A stretch of DNA of 64,000 nt. Source: Polyangiales bacterium (lineage in GTDB: Bacteria > Myxococcota_A > Polyangia > Polyangiales > Polyangiaceae). Where the stretch lies: positions 1 through 64,000 of the forward strand of contig JBBRLQ010000026.1 in assembly GCA_038231275.1 (NCBI GenBank), given 5' to 3'. The notes under the pieces are model-generated. The model saw nothing but the letters and a program-made list of their open reading frames with translations. It searched no databases and had not been told where the DNA came from. Made by a program: the position numbers and the translations under genes. Of this stretch, positions 1 to 10,171 are shown piece by piece; position 1 is the first letter of the stretch; each line of letters opens with the position of its first letter.

Positions 1-1
1 G

Positions 2-215
2 TCCGAGTACCTTTTTCCCCTCGATCACTGGCGGGCTGCGTGCCGTCACCGTCCTCACGAAGCCGTTCCGGGCCGTCGTCGCGTCGCTGGGGTGGAAGAT
101 GCGCTTCACCCCGCAGGGCATGCGCCGGACGTTCAACGATCGCGCGCGCGCCGCGGCGGTGCCAGACCTCGCTCTTCAAGTAATTTCTGTGCATGCTTGC
201 CGCTGCTACCCCTAA
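2..215 (+). pseudogene. Degenerate C-terminal remnant of a tyrosine recombinase/integrase
   Basis: Frame 2 reads SEYLFP. After a +1 shift at ~20, frame 3 reads SITGGLRAVTVLTKPFRAVVASLGWKMRFTPQGMRRTFNDRARAAAVPDLALQVISVHA, then TAA at 213-215. This resembles the LFP...(H)xxR...SGH region of tyrosine recombinases; the catalytic Tyr segment is not recognisable. Confidence 0.55.
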
Positions 216-444
216 ATTGGAGGGTTTCTACGGTGACGTGCTCAATGGCCTGGCGCGAAAACCATGTAGAATCGAACTGAGGGGGCCGTCGAAGCCTCCG
301 CCCCATCGTGCAGAGCGCCCCGACCCACGCCGCCTCGGCGAACTTCGCCTTCCTGGCACACCACGACGCGCGCCTCGTTGTGCTCGCCACCCAGGCCGAG
401 CAGCACGCCGCCGCGGAGGTGGGGGTTTCCGGAGCAGAAACGAA

Positions 445-837
445 ATGCGACGTTCTTCGCCTGTAGTCGTCCTTGTGGTCGACGACAATGACGACTTCCG
501 CGCTCTCGCGGCGGAATCCTTGAGGGCCGCTGGCTACACCGTGGTCGAGGCAGCGGACGGCGACGCGGCGATCGAGCAAGCGCGCGCCATCCGTCCGCGA
601 GCTATTCTCCTCGATCTCGGGATGCCACACATCGACGGGTGCACCGTCGCCCGCATTCTCAAGGACGATGTCGGCACGGCGCATATTCCCATCGTCGCCT
701 TCACGGGTTCGTCGGGCAGCGAGCGGGCGCGGGCGCTTGCCGCCGGCTGCGACGCGTTCCTCGAGAAACCGGCGACCTCCAAAGTGATCGCCACCGTCGT
801 CGCTCGAGTCATCGCGAGCGGTCCCCGCAACCGCTGA
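445..837 (+). CDS. Single-domain response regulator (CheY-like receiver)
   Basis: VLVVDDNDD, LLDLGMP phospho-Asp, FTG and KP motifs; ATG at 445. Confidence 0.9.
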   Translation: MRRSSPVVVLVVDDNDDFRALAAESLRAAGYTVVEAADGDAAIEQARAIRPRAILLDLGMPHIDGCTVARILKDDVGTAHIPIVAFTGSSGSERARALAAGCDAFLEKPATSKVIATVVARVIASGPRNR

Positions 838-846
838 CCCTTCTGG

Positions 847-1737
847 TCACGCTAGCCTTCCCGCAAAGAGCACGCGATTCCGGTCGAACACCGCCGCGAC
901 CCGGTCGAGCACGGTACGAATGCGTTTGAGGTCCGGCAGATCCGGCGCCGTCACCAGGAACACTTCGTTGTTTGCCGTGACTTCCGGGGTCATCCTGTGC
1001 AACGACGGCTCGCCCGCCGCCATGAAGCAAGGCACGGTGCCGATCCCGACTCCTTGCGCGATGGCGAGCACCGCTCCGCCCACCGTGTCGCAGCGCATCA
1101 CCACGCTCGCCGTGCCGGCGTGATCCTCGAGCCAGCGCGGTCCGAATGCGGCCCTCACCTCGTTCTTGTACCCGATGAGGTCGTGACCGGAGAGATCGCC
1201 AAGGGTCCCAAGCTCCCCCTTGCGCGCCACGTACTCTTCGGTCGCGAAGAGCGACCAGCCGACCTTGCCCACGTGGCGCGCAACGAGCGCGGCCTGCGTC
1301 GGCCGGAACATGCGCAGCGCGATGTCCGCCTCTCGGCGCAGAAGGTCGAGGGTGGCCGTCGACGGGAGTAGCTCGAGGCGGAGCTCGGGGTGGGTCTGCT
1401 GGAGCTGCTGGGACTCTGCGACCAAAAAAGGAATGAACCCCTCGGCGCACGTGAGGCGGACCACACCCGCGATGCGATCGTCGGCGCCGGCCAGCTTGGC
1501 GACCAACCCCGACGCCGTCGCTTCGATCTCCTCCGCCATGGCGGCCGCGGTGTTCCCTGCTTCCGTGAAGCAAAGACCCTCGGGCGTACGCCGCAGCAGC
1601 TGGCTGCCGATCGCCTCCTCGAGCGCGGCTAGCCGGCGACTGACCGTGGAATGGTCGACCGCCAGCGCGCGCGCCGCGCCGGCCAACGTTCCCGCCCGCT
1701 TGAGCGCCAGCAAGTACTTGAGGTCGTTCCAGTCCAC
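847..1737 (-). CDS. LysR-family transcriptional regulator
   Basis: N-terminal DWNDLKYLLAL...GTLAGAARAL..DHSTVSRRLAALE HTH plus substrate-binding domain; GTG start; divergent from the methyltransferase. Confidence 0.93.
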   Translation of the reverse strand: MDWNDLKYLLALKRAGTLAGAARALAVDHSTVSRRLAALEEAIGSQLLRRTPEGLCFTEAGNTAAAMAEEIEATASGLVAKLAGADDRIAGVVRLTCAEGFIPFLVAESQQLQQTHPELRLELLPSTATLDLLRREADIALRMFRPTQAALVARHVGKVGWSLFATEEYVARKGELGTLGDLSGHDLIGYKNEVRAAFGPRWLEDHAGTASVVMRCDTVGGAVLAIAQGVGIGTVPCFMAAGEPSLHRMTPEVTANNEVFLVTAPDLPDLKRIRTVLDRVAAVFDRNRVLFAGRLA

Positions 1738-1814
1738 CGCTGCGCATTCTTGCACAACGCGCTTGCGCAGACTCTAGGCGCGTCCGCCCAGCTGCTTGCG
1801 TAGCGTCATCGAAG

Positions 1815-2828
1815 ATGAAGACGAATGAGATTCCCGTGCGACAGCAGATGCACCAGAAGGTGACCGGCTACTGGGTGACCCAGCTCATCGGAACCGCCGC
1901 GAGCCTGGGTGTGGCCGATCAGCTCGAGTCCGGATCGCTGTCCGTGAACGAGCTGGCGGCGAGGGTCGGCGCCCATCCCCCGTCGCTCTACCGCGCGCTC
2001 CGCGCGTGCGCGGCGGTGGGGGTGTTCACGGAGCAGCCCGAGCGGACGTTTGCGAACAACGCGCTCTCGCAGACGCTCCGTTCGAACGTCCCCGGCTCGA
2101 TGCGTGACTTCGCGATCGCGCAGAGCGCGCCGGGACACTGGCGGCCTTGGGAGCTCCTCACCCAAGCCGTCAAGACCGGAAAGAACACCGCTGTCGAAGC
2201 GCTTGGGCGCGACATATGGGCCTGGTACCGCAGTCGCCCGGAAGAGTCGGCGGCGTTCACGGGCGCGATGGACAACCTCGCGGCGCAGGTGGCGGCCGAA
2301 GTGACCCGAGCGATCGACTTCTCGCGCGTCGGTCGGGTAGTCGACGTCGGCGGCGCGAACGGCACGCTCGTCAGCGCGGTGTTGCGCGCGTTCCCCGAGG
2401 TGCGAGGGGTGGTGTTCGACCTGCCTCACGTCGTCGACCAAGTGAAAAAGACCCTCGCGGCCGTGGGCCTTGCGGAGCGGTGCGAGGCCGTCGCCGGAGA
2501 CTTCTTTGAGGCGGTGCCCGCGGGCGACGTGATGCTCCTCAAGCAGATTCTCCACGACTGGAACGACGACCAGTGCGCTGTCTTGCTGCGCAACTGCGCC
2601 GCATCGCTCCCTCCGGGCGGCCGCGTGATGGTGGTGGAGATGCTCATTTCGGAGGACGGCCGGCCGTGCGCGGCTCACCTGACGGACGTGAACATGCTCG
2701 TGCTCCTCCCCGGCAAGGAGCGAACGGTGACCGAGTACCGCCGACTGTTCGCCGCGGCCGGCCTCGAGCTACGGCGGGTACACCCGACCGATTCGGCCTT
2801 CTCGATCCTCGAAGCGGCGAAGGTCTGA
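1815..2828 (+). CDS. SAM-dependent O-methyltransferase (methyltransf_2 type with dimerisation domain)
   Basis: VVDVGGANG, DLPHVV, GDFF and LKQILHDW motifs. Confidence 0.93.
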   Translation: MKTNEIPVRQQMHQKVTGYWVTQLIGTAASLGVADQLESGSLSVNELAARVGAHPPSLYRALRACAAVGVFTEQPERTFANNALSQTLRSNVPGSMRDFAIAQSAPGHWRPWELLTQAVKTGKNTAVEALGRDIWAWYRSRPEESAAFTGAMDNLAAQVAAEVTRAIDFSRVGRVVDVGGANGTLVSAVLRAFPEVRGVVFDLPHVVDQVKKTLAAVGLAERCEAVAGDFFEAVPAGDVMLLKQILHDWNDDQCAVLLRNCAASLPPGGRVMVVEMLISEDGRPCAAHLTDVNMLVLLPGKERTVTEYRRLFAAAGLELRRVHPTDSAFSILEAAKV

Positions 2829-2879
2829 CACAGAGATTTCGATGACTAGCGACCAAGTTTGGTCCAAAAGGAGACTGAA

Positions 2880-3767
2880 ATGCGAGACCAACGCGGGAGA
2901 CCCCAAGTAGCACTCGTGACCAGCGAGGCGCTCCCTCACCTCTACGAGGACGATCTTCTGCTGGTCACCGCGCTCGACGAACTCGGGATCGACTCTCGAC
3001 CGGCCGTCTGGAGCGACGCAAGCATCGACTGGCTTGCCTTCGATGCGTTGGTCATCCGCACGCCGTGGGACTACTTCGTTCGTCTCACGGAATTTCGAGC
3101 GTGGCTCGACGCGCGGATCGCGAGCGGCGTGCGCATGTGCAACTCGTCCGAAATTCTCGGTTGGAACTTCGACAAGCGCTACCTCCAGGATCTCGCCGCG
3201 GCCGGCGTATCGCTCGTCCCCACGATCGTCGTTCCGCGAGGTGAGCGCCCGGACATCGCGGCGTTGGCACGTTCGAGGGGATGGGACGAGATCGTGGTCA
3301 AGCCTACGATCTCGGGCGGCGCGTATTGCACCCATCGATTTCGGGTCGACGCAGCCGATCAATATCGCGATGAGATCGCGCGGATCCTGATGGACCGAGG
3401 CCTCTTGATCCAGCCTTTTTTGCCAGAGATTCTAAGCGACGGAGAGCTCTCTCTCCTGTTCTTCGACGGCGAATTCAGTCACGCGGTTCGTAAGCGCCCC
3501 AAGGAGGGAGACTACCGCGTGCAATTCCAGTTCGGTGGTACCGAGGAAGCGGTGGAAGTTCGCGACGAATGGATCGAAGGAGCACGCGCGTGCGTCGCCG
3601 CTGCTCCCGCGCTACCGGTGTATGCGCGCGTCGACGGCGTGATTCAGAGTGGGCAGTTCTTGCTCATGGAGCTCGAAGTTTTCGAGCCGCTCATGTTCCT
3701 GGCTCAGCATCCTCTCGCGCCTGGCCGCTTCGCGCGCGCAATCCGAGGTCGGATCGGTCTGAGCTGA
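2880..3767 (+). CDS. ATP-grasp ligase (RimK/glutathione-synthetase-like)
   Basis: RTPWDY, WNFDKRYL, VKPTISGGA, QPFLPEI..GELSL, ARVD and MELEVFEP motifs; AGGAGA RBS. Confidence 0.88.
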   Translation: MRDQRGRPQVALVTSEALPHLYEDDLLLVTALDELGIDSRPAVWSDASIDWLAFDALVIRTPWDYFVRLTEFRAWLDARIASGVRMCNSSEILGWNFDKRYLQDLAAAGVSLVPTIVVPRGERPDIAALARSRGWDEIVVKPTISGGAYCTHRFRVDAADQYRDEIARILMDRGLLIQPFLPEILSDGELSLLFFDGEFSHAVRKRPKEGDYRVQFQFGGTEEAVEVRDEWIEGARACVAAAPALPVYARVDGVIQSGQFLLMELEVFEPLMFLAQHPLAPGRFARAIRGRIGLS

Positions 3768-3770
3768 AGA
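3521..3770 (+). repeat. Left copy of a 250-bp direct repeat (3' end of the ATP-grasp gene)
   Basis: Aligns without gaps to 14140-14389 with 13 mismatches by manual count. Confidence 0.95.
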
Positions 3771-3916
3771 AAAATGCGCATCGCGTGAGGAGACGCGCCT
3801 TGCCTTCGCCCCAGCTAGGCGAACGAACTTGGACCCGCCGTCGCGGGTGCAGAAAAGGAGCACCAAGCGCGACCTCGACGAGGCGACGGTCGCGGTCGAC
3901 GAACAGCATGCCGTCC

Positions 3917-4183
3917 TCACGAAGGCGCTCGGCCAGATTCTGGACCGGCGGGAGTCTCGCGCGCAGCAAAGCGGAACAGATCGACGCGGTCTCTCGGACG
4001 TGGGGCCCGAAGGAATTCGTGCCGAACGAGCGAGCCACACCACCGCGGCGATGCCGATCGTGCCGCGGCGTCGACGGTCGGTACGCTGGCGTCGCCGGGG
4101 GCCTCGTCGGGCGCGGACGTGAAGCCGACGGCGCACGCGGTGAGGCATGACGCGAGGGCGACGGTGGCGACAACGATTCGCAT
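3917..4183 (-). pseudogene. Possible truncated lipoprotein stub
   Basis: MRIVVATVALASCLTAC lipobox-like signal followed by a PGDASVPTVDAA linker, then no recognisable domain. Confidence 0.3.
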
Positions 4184-4834
4184 CGGACGCGACCCCAGCG
4201 AGGATCTGGAGACGGCGGAGCTGCGCGAGGGCTCGAAGAGGCGCGCGAACGTGAGCTCCGGCGCGAGCGCGCGCGCCGCCGCGCGCTCCAAGACAGGCGT
4301 ATTGCCGGCCAGAGCGCGATGCCGTTGTACGCAACGACGAGGAGCTGCCTGAGGCGGCGAACCGCGGCGGCGAGGCGGTCCCAGCTTCCCCATGAGATCT
4401 CGAATTCCACAGGAGAGCTCGAAGGTGACCCCAGGGGGCTCGCTGATAGAGCTCACGCGCGAGCGCTTCAGCCGCGCCGAATCGACGAGCAAACCGCGGA
4501 CGAAGGCAAAGCAGCCGAGTAACCGTCGACGGCGGTAAGTAGCCCAACGCGACAAGCGGTCCAACGACGCTAGGTACTCGGCAAACCGCTGGACGCAGTC
4601 GTCTAGCGTCCCTTTGTTCGCTGGATTCGTCGGCGCCGACCAGAACGGGCGGGCGGCCGGGCCGTAGCCCCTGGGCGGAAGTCCTATCTGCAAATCGCGC
4701 GTTCCTACCTAGCCGCCTTGTCCTTCTGCGCCTCGGCCTCTTGTTGGGGCAGGAGTCTCGGTCTGCACTGATTGCCGTGCTCCGTCTCCAGCTCGCCCTG
4801 CGTCACCGTGCCGCCACAACCCAGCCGAGCCGGC

Positions 4835-5968
4835 TCATGGAGCACAGCGTCCAAGCGCGGCGGACATGCCAGGCGACGACGTTGCCGACCACGGCGCGAG
4901 GGCGCGCCGTGCTGCATCGCAGTCACCCCGCCCGCGCGCGGCGCGCGCAACGAGAATGGCGGCGTCCCGCGCGTGGATGGAGCCTGGGTAGCGTTCGAGG
5001 AAGCGCTCCGCCACGAGGGCCGCGGCGTCGGCGCGGCCCGATTGGGTCAGCGCCGACGCTTCGAGAAACGAGGCGTCCTCCGCTGCGGGATCCTGCGGGT
5101 GCGCCGCCACGAACGAGCGAAACGCGCGCGCCGCGTCCTCATACTCTCCGTCGCGGTACAGCTTCATCGCGCGCTCGTACGCGAGCCCGTCGCTGCCCGC
5201 CGTCGCCCTCGGAGTCACTGCGGCGCTGGTCGACGGCGCTGCGGCGACAGCGGCGACAGCGGCGGGCGCAGCGACGACGGTCAGGGTCGGCGAGGTCCAT
5301 GAGTCACCCGCGCCTAGGAGCAGCTCCGGCGCGCCGCCCCTGCGCAGCGCCACCCGCCCCTCCAGGACGCGGACGCTCCAGGTCGCTTTTTCTCGAACGA
5401 CGACCTCGAACCGCGTCCCCCGCACTTCGATCTCGCCGTCCGGCGGCTCGACGACGAAGCGCTCGTCGGGGCCTTGATGCCGCACTTCGAGGACGAGAAG
5501 GCCGTCATCGAGGCGGACGCGCTCTGTCGTTCCGTCGCGGCGGCGGCTCCAGGTTGTCGCCGGGCCCGGCAGCACCGTCACCGCTTCCACTTTGGAGCTG
5601 GCCACTGCCCTCGGCGTCGGCACTGCAACCTGTGGCGCGTGCAAACGAGACCACACGACGAACGAGCCGACGAGGACGACCAACGCGACCGCGCAGGCGA
5701 GCAAAATGCCCCTCGGCGACGGCGATCGGGCATCGGCAAGCGCGGCTTCGCGAAGGATCCGGCCTCGCAATCTCCGGACGCGCACTTCGTCGCCGGGCGC
5801 GCCCAGCCCGAGCGACTGACCGACTTGCCTCAGACGCTCTGCATCGGCCGCCAGCGCGCCGCAAATCTCGCACGCGCGTCGATGACGTTCAAACGACTCC
5901 AGGTCGGACGGGGAGAGCCTTCCCTCCCGAACCGCGTCGAGCTCCCAGCTGCGATCACACTGCTGCAT
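4835..5968 (-). CDS. Anti-sigma factor: zinc-finger (HxxxCxxC), TM, FecR-like domain, C-terminal TPR-like helices
   Basis: HRRACEIC, hydrophobic TM, EVRGTRFEV..VRVLEGRV FecR motif, YERAMKLYRDGEY TPR; overlaps the sigma gene stop. Confidence 0.85.
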   Translation of the reverse strand: MQQCDRSWELDAVREGRLSPSDLESFERHRRACEICGALAADAERLRQVGQSLGLGAPGDEVRVRRLRGRILREAALADARSPSPRGILLACAVALVVLVGSFVVWSRLHAPQVAVPTPRAVASSKVEAVTVLPGPATTWSRRRDGTTERVRLDDGLLVLEVRHQGPDERFVVEPPDGEIEVRGTRFEVVVREKATWSVRVLEGRVALRRGGAPELLLGAGDSWTSPTLTVVAAPAAVAAVAAAPSTSAAVTPRATAGSDGLAYERAMKLYRDGEYEDAARAFRSFVAAHPQDPAAEDASFLEASALTQSGRADAAALVAERFLERYPGSIHARDAAILVARAARGRGDCDAARRALAPWSATSSPGMSAALGRCAP

Positions 5969-6552
5969 CACCAGCCTGCCTCCCGCTGCATTGCCTCGAG
6001 CAGCTCGGCGCGCGCGTGGAAGAGCCGCGTCCGCGCCGTTGCCGCAGGGACCCCGAGTGCCCTGGCGGCATCGTCCGCCGAGAGCCCTTCGAGCTCCACG
6101 AGGACGAACACCTCGCGCTTCTTGTCGGTCAGCTCCCGGAGCGCGCGCTCGAGGACGCGTAGCTCTTGCCGACCGACCGCGCTTGCCTGGGGATCGGAGA
6201 CGCGGCGGCGTCGCGCCTCGTCGCCGAAGGAGGTGAGGACGCGCAGCCATCGCCCGAATCCACGGCGGTGACGGGAAGCGAGGCGCACCGCCACGCCGCA
6301 GAGCCACGCGCGGCAGGAGTCGCGTCCGTCGAACGAGGCGGCGATCTTCGGAAGCGCGAGGAACGTCGCCTGGACGAGATCTTCGACGTCGCCCTGGTGG
6401 ACCATCGTGCGCGTCAGCACCCGCCAGACGTCGCGCTGGTAGCGATCGTAGAGCTCGCCGAGCGCGCCGAGCTCGCCGCGTGCGACCTGGGCGAGCAGCT
6501 CCGCGTCGGTGCGCGCGTTCGTCCGCGACGGGGTCTTCATCGCCGGCGTCAC
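5968..6552 (-). CDS. ECF RNA polymerase sigma-70 factor
   Basis: DAELLAQV..GALGELYDRY, DVEDLVQATFL, AWLCGVA, REVFVLVELEGLS, TARTRLFHAR; GTGA overlap with the upstream gene (alternative ATG at 6540). Confidence 0.93.
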   Translation of the reverse strand: MTPAMKTPSRTNARTDAELLAQVARGELGALGELYDRYQRDVWRVLTRTMVHQGDVEDLVQATFLALPKIAASFDGRDSCRAWLCGVAVRLASRHRRGFGRWLRVLTSFGDEARRRRVSDPQASAVGRQELRVLERALRELTDKKREVFVLVELEGLSADDAARALGVPAATARTRLFHARAELLEAMQREAGW

Positions 6553-7535
6553 AACAAGTCCCCTACCGCGCCCGCGCGCAGTCCGAGCGTCCACGTCGGG
6601 AGTGGCGGCAGCGCGGCGTCGACCCGCAGAGGCGCGCGAGCGAGCGGAGCGAGCTCCGCGTCGAGGGTAAGCGACGGCTTCCACCGGTCTCCGAGGGGCA
6701 CGTGCACCCGCGCCGCGGCGGCTACGCGCACCTCGGAGTCGGTGCCGCCCGTCCCGTCTGCCGGCAGATCGCCCTCCTCCGTCATCACCGCGAGCTCGGG
6801 CGACACCGTGACATCGAGCGCGGCCGCGCCCGCCGTCCACCGCCGCCCGAAGCCCAACCCGAGAACCACCTCGTCGTAGGCATACCCGGGAATCGCTGCG
6901 CCTAGATGCGCGCCGAACGGGGCGAAGCGAGCCGACGCCGCGACGAGCCACGAATCCGCCACCGCGTCGGCGCGCGCTTCGAGCTCGGCCATCCCCACGC
7001 GCGTCGGAAACCCGAAGCGACCTCCCGCCGAGAGAGCGACGTCCAGGTGCACGGTCGGTGGCGGCCGCGATTCGGTGCGAACGGGCGGCGCGGGCGCGTC
7101 GGGAGGGGGAAGCGCGGTAGGCGTGGGAGCTTCCTCCGGCGTCGGCGGCGACTCCGTGCTCTCCTCGGGCGGGACCGATGCAATAAGGCCGAGCGCGACG
7201 GGGACGAGCGACGCTGGCCGCGATAGGGCGCGCTCTCCGCGCCGACCGTCGCTGGTCGAGGCGGTCAGGAGCACACCTCCCCGCTGGGCCTGGACGACGA
7301 GCGTGACGTCGGTGCACTCTGCCGGGCTGAGGCGCGCGACCTGCGCGCGCAGCGCAGAGACCGCGGGCCCCCACGCGGCGGCAAGCTCTCCGCTCTCGAC
7401 GACCCGCACCGCATTGCACGACGCTGGCGGCGCTGCCGCGCGCGCGAGAGGTTCCGATGATGTGAGGAGCGCGCCCATGCAGAGGCCCTTTCCGAGACGC
7501 CCCCATGGGGCGATCGGACGTCGATCAGTGCTCAC
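6549..7535 (-). CDS. Exported protein with Pro-rich linker and probable C-terminal beta-strand (outer-membrane-like) domain
   Basis: Translationally coupled within the ECF operon; alternating hydrophobic strands in the C-terminal half; start uncertain. Confidence 0.65.
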   Translation of the reverse strand: MSTDRRPIAPWGRLGKGLCMGALLTSSEPLARAAAPPASCNAVRVVESGELAAAWGPAVSALRAQVARLSPAECTDVTLVVQAQRGGVLLTASTSDGRRGERALSRPASLVPVALGLIASVPPEESTESPPTPEEAPTPTALPPPDAPAPPVRTESRPPPTVHLDVALSAGGRFGFPTRVGMAELEARADAVADSWLVAASARFAPFGAHLGAAIPGYAYDEVVLGLGFGRRWTAGAAALDVTVSPELAVMTEEGDLPADGTGGTDSEVRVAAAARVHVPLGDRWKPSLTLDAELAPLARAPLRVDAALPPLPTWTLGLRAGAVGDLL

Positions 7536-8175
7536 CGTCTTGTTCTTGGTTGTCATCGCAGCCGTTGGCGTCGCTCGGCGCGTCGTGCTCCGGAACGGCC
7601 ATCTCGGCGGCGCCGTCCACCTCGCCCGTCGCGCCCACGTCCACATCGACGCACGGCGCGTGGGTCTTCACGTCGACGCCGTTCTCGCATTCTGCTCCGT
7701 TCTCACCGTCGCCGCCTGCCGTGCTGCCATCGTTGCACGTCGACGTGCCGTCGTCGTGCACGCACTCCCCGTCGCATTGCGTGGACGACCCTGAGCCCAC
7801 GCGGAACGCCGGCTTCGCGCCCGCGGCGAGGTAGCGCACGGCGCCGAGGGCGATCACGACCCCATCCGAGCTCACCCTGAACGCTTGCGTGAGCTTCCCG
7901 GACCTCCGCGGCATGACGAGCGGTATCTGCCGCTCCCCGACGATGGCGAGCGAATAGGTATCTCCTTTCGCGACGGGCACCGAAAAGGCGCCGCCCGCGC
8001 CCAGCGCAGCGCGAATGACGACGCCCCGCCCACTGGTCGCGACGACCGCCTTCGGGGCCGACGGAAACGACCCGATGGCCACGGTCCCGCTCACCGTGCT
8101 CGTGGGCGCTCCCACTCTTCCGCCGCAACCAAGCACCAGGACCGGCAGCGCGACGACGAGGAGACAACGATTCAT
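7525..8175 (-). CDS. Lipoprotein with acidic, Cys-containing C-terminus
   Basis: MNRCLLVVALPVLVLGC lipobox; C-terminus GENGAECENG...DNQEQDGEH. Confidence 0.8.
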   Translation of the reverse strand: MNRCLLVVALPVLVLGCGGRVGAPTSTVSGTVAIGSFPSAPKAVVATSGRGVVIRAALGAGGAFSVPVAKGDTYSLAIVGERQIPLVMPRRSGKLTQAFRVSSDGVVIALGAVRYLAAGAKPAFRVGSGSSTQCDGECVHDDGTSTCNDGSTAGGDGENGAECENGVDVKTHAPCVDVDVGATGEVDGAAEMAVPEHDAPSDANGCDDNQEQDGEH

Positions 8176-8327
8176 GGGGAGGGGCCTTTCGAAAGAGATG
8201 CACTGGACATTCTCCTCCGCCGCCCCGAGTGTTCATTCTTTCCCGACCCCCTCGACTCATTTTGAACACCGTCGGGTTCAGCGGGGAAGAAGAGTCGCGA
8301 TGTGGGTTCTTTGGCAGTGAGGTGCGC

Positions 8328-8966
8328 ATGCGTGTCTTCGGCGTCTTGATCGTGGCGGCCCTCGTGGGCGCGTGCGGCAACAACGGTGGCTCGGGCAACA
8401 GCAGCAGCGGCAGCTCCGGCAGCAGCAGTGGCGCCTCCGGGGCGAGCTCGGGAAACAGCGGCAGCTCCGGCGAAGCCGGATCCGTCGACGCCGGGACGCC
8501 GGGCACCGGCACCCTCAGCGGGGCTGTCGGCGGCGTTCCGTTCGACGTCGCGCAGACCGTCTGGGCGGGTGCGCCGGACGATCCCGCGAGCACGGTGGTC
8601 TACGTCTTCTCCAAAACGGTCGACTGCGCGAAGCTCCACCCCGCCGGCTGGGCGGACGACGGGCGCATTCCCGCCGGCACGCAGTTCCTCGAGATCAAGA
8701 TGAAGGGGACAACGTCGCCCGACACGTTCACCGTCATCGGCGGCGCCGGCACCAATCTGGCGCCCCACGAGGCCTCCGTGAACTACTCGCTCACGTCGCT
8801 CGACGGCGGCGCCTCGGCAGAGACGATCAGCAGCGGCGGCGCGGCGACGATCTCGCGTCTGCGCGCCGGGGTCGACGTGGCCGGGACGTTTTCGTTGAAG
8901 TTCGGCGCCGCGAACGTCGCCGGCACCTTCGACGCGGCGTTCTGCGCCGGAGGCACCGAGCCATGA
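8328..8966 (+). CDS. Lipoprotein (Ser/Gly linker plus beta-rich domain)
   Basis: MRVFGVLIVAALVGAC lipobox; ends GTFDAAFC; ATGA overlap with the next gene. Confidence 0.82.
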   Translation: MRVFGVLIVAALVGACGNNGGSGNSSSGSSGSSSGASGASSGNSGSSGEAGSVDAGTPGTGTLSGAVGGVPFDVAQTVWAGAPDDPASTVVYVFSKTVDCAKLHPAGWADDGRIPAGTQFLEIKMKGTTSPDTFTVIGGAGTNLAPHEASVNYSLTSLDGGASAETISSGGAATISRLRAGVDVAGTFSLKFGAANVAGTFDAAFCAGGTEP

Positions 8967-10171
8967 GCAACCGTGCACTTACGGCGATCGTCGCCACGTC
9001 GATCGTCGTCCTCGCGTGCAGCAGCAAGAAGAGCGCGGACGCCTCCGCGAGCGGCGGCGTCGTCCCGGCAGACATGCGCGATGTCGAGCGCGAGGGCGAA
9101 GGTCTCGTCACCACGACATTCGGCGACGCTCCGACTCGGACGCCCGACTGGGGGCGGGCCGCGTCGGTCCTCGATCTGCTCAAGCAAGTGTGGGGACGCG
9201 CCAAGGCCGCGTCGCCCGACCTCCCCGCCGCGGCCGCCACGGCGGTCGACGACGCGATCGCCACGCTGAATCAAGCGATCCCCGCGAAGGACCAGCAGAA
9301 GGCCGTCTACGCGGCGAACGCCGTCGGCCTCGCGTGCCCCGAGCTCTTCGACCACTTCCACCCCGACGCGCCGTTGGGCGTGCTCCGCATGGACGCGATG
9401 TTCCGGCAGGTTGGCCTCGACGGTCACTACAAGAATTTCGCCGACGCGAAGAAGGACCTCGACTCGCTCAAGAGCGACTGGGCCAGCACGAGGACGCCGG
9501 TCGGCGCGCGCGTGCCCACCTGCCACCGAGTCGGAGGGACGGCGACCGTCGCAACCGACATCGAGACGTCGCTCGCGAACCTCGACGTCGCGCTCGCGTC
9601 GAGCAACGCAGCCGGCATCGAGCTGGAGAGCGACAACGGCGCGCTCGAAATCGACACGCTGGAACGCCTCTTCGACTGCCCCCCGGACAACGCGGCGCCC
9701 GGGCACGGGCTCGGCGCGAAGTGCGCGCACGACACGGACTGCGACAAGGGCCAGGCGTGCGATCTGGCCAACGCGGGCGGCAAATGCGCGCCCGACGGGA
9801 CCAACAAAATCGGGACGCCGTGCGCGACCACCGTGGATTGCGGGACGGACGCGCGCGCCGCGTGCAACAACGCGTCGGGTGACGGGTTCCCCGGCGGATA
9901 CTGCTTCATGGAGCCGTGCGACGACGTCCAGGTCTGTCCTTCAGGCGCCACGTGCGTCGCTCCAGGCTCCGAGGTGCCCGGCTGCTTCAAGTCGTGCGCG
10001 CAGGACACGGACTGCCGCGTCAGCGAGGGGTATGTCTGCCAGCTCTTCGTCACGCAGGCGCCCACGGGTTTCGGCCCCTCGGACCGCGCGTGTGGGTTTC
10101 CGTGCAAGCGCGACGTCGATTGCCAGAAGCCGCTCACCTGCAACGTCTCCACCGGCCAGTGCAAGCCCTGA
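8963..10171 (+). CDS. Lipoprotein with helical N-terminal domain and Cys-rich C-terminal repeats
   Basis: IVVLAC lipobox; amphipathic helical repeats; many C..D.DC motifs; coupled to both neighbours. Confidence 0.85.
   Translation: MSNRALTAIVATSIVVLACSSKKSADASASGGVVPADMRDVEREGEGLVTTTFGDAPTRTPDWGRAASVLDLLKQVWGRAKAASPDLPAAAATAVDDAIATLNQAIPAKDQQKAVYAANAVGLACPELFDHFHPDAPLGVLRMDAMFRQVGLDGHYKNFADAKKDLDSLKSDWASTRTPVGARVPTCHRVGGTATVATDIETSLANLDVALASSNAAGIELESDNGALEIDTLERLFDCPPDNAAPGHGLGAKCAHDTDCDKGQACDLANAGGKCAPDGTNKIGTPCATTVDCGTDARAACNNASGDGFPGGYCFMEPCDDVQVCPSGATCVAPGSEVPGCFKSCAQDTDCRVSEGYVCQLFVTQAPTGFGPSDRACGFPCKRDVDCQKPLTCNVSTGQCKP

Noticed and set aside
847..3767. LysR, O-methyltransferase and ATP-grasp genes as a RiPP or natural-product cluster
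   Set aside because: No precursor peptide, scaffold enzyme or transporter is visible nearby.
4545..4630. GGCAAACC...GGACGCA resemblance to a c-di-GMP-I riboswitch, with inverted repeat GACGCTAG/CTAGCGTC
   Set aside because: It lacks the GNRA-capped P2 and the P3 hairpin, and there is no downstream gene on that strand.
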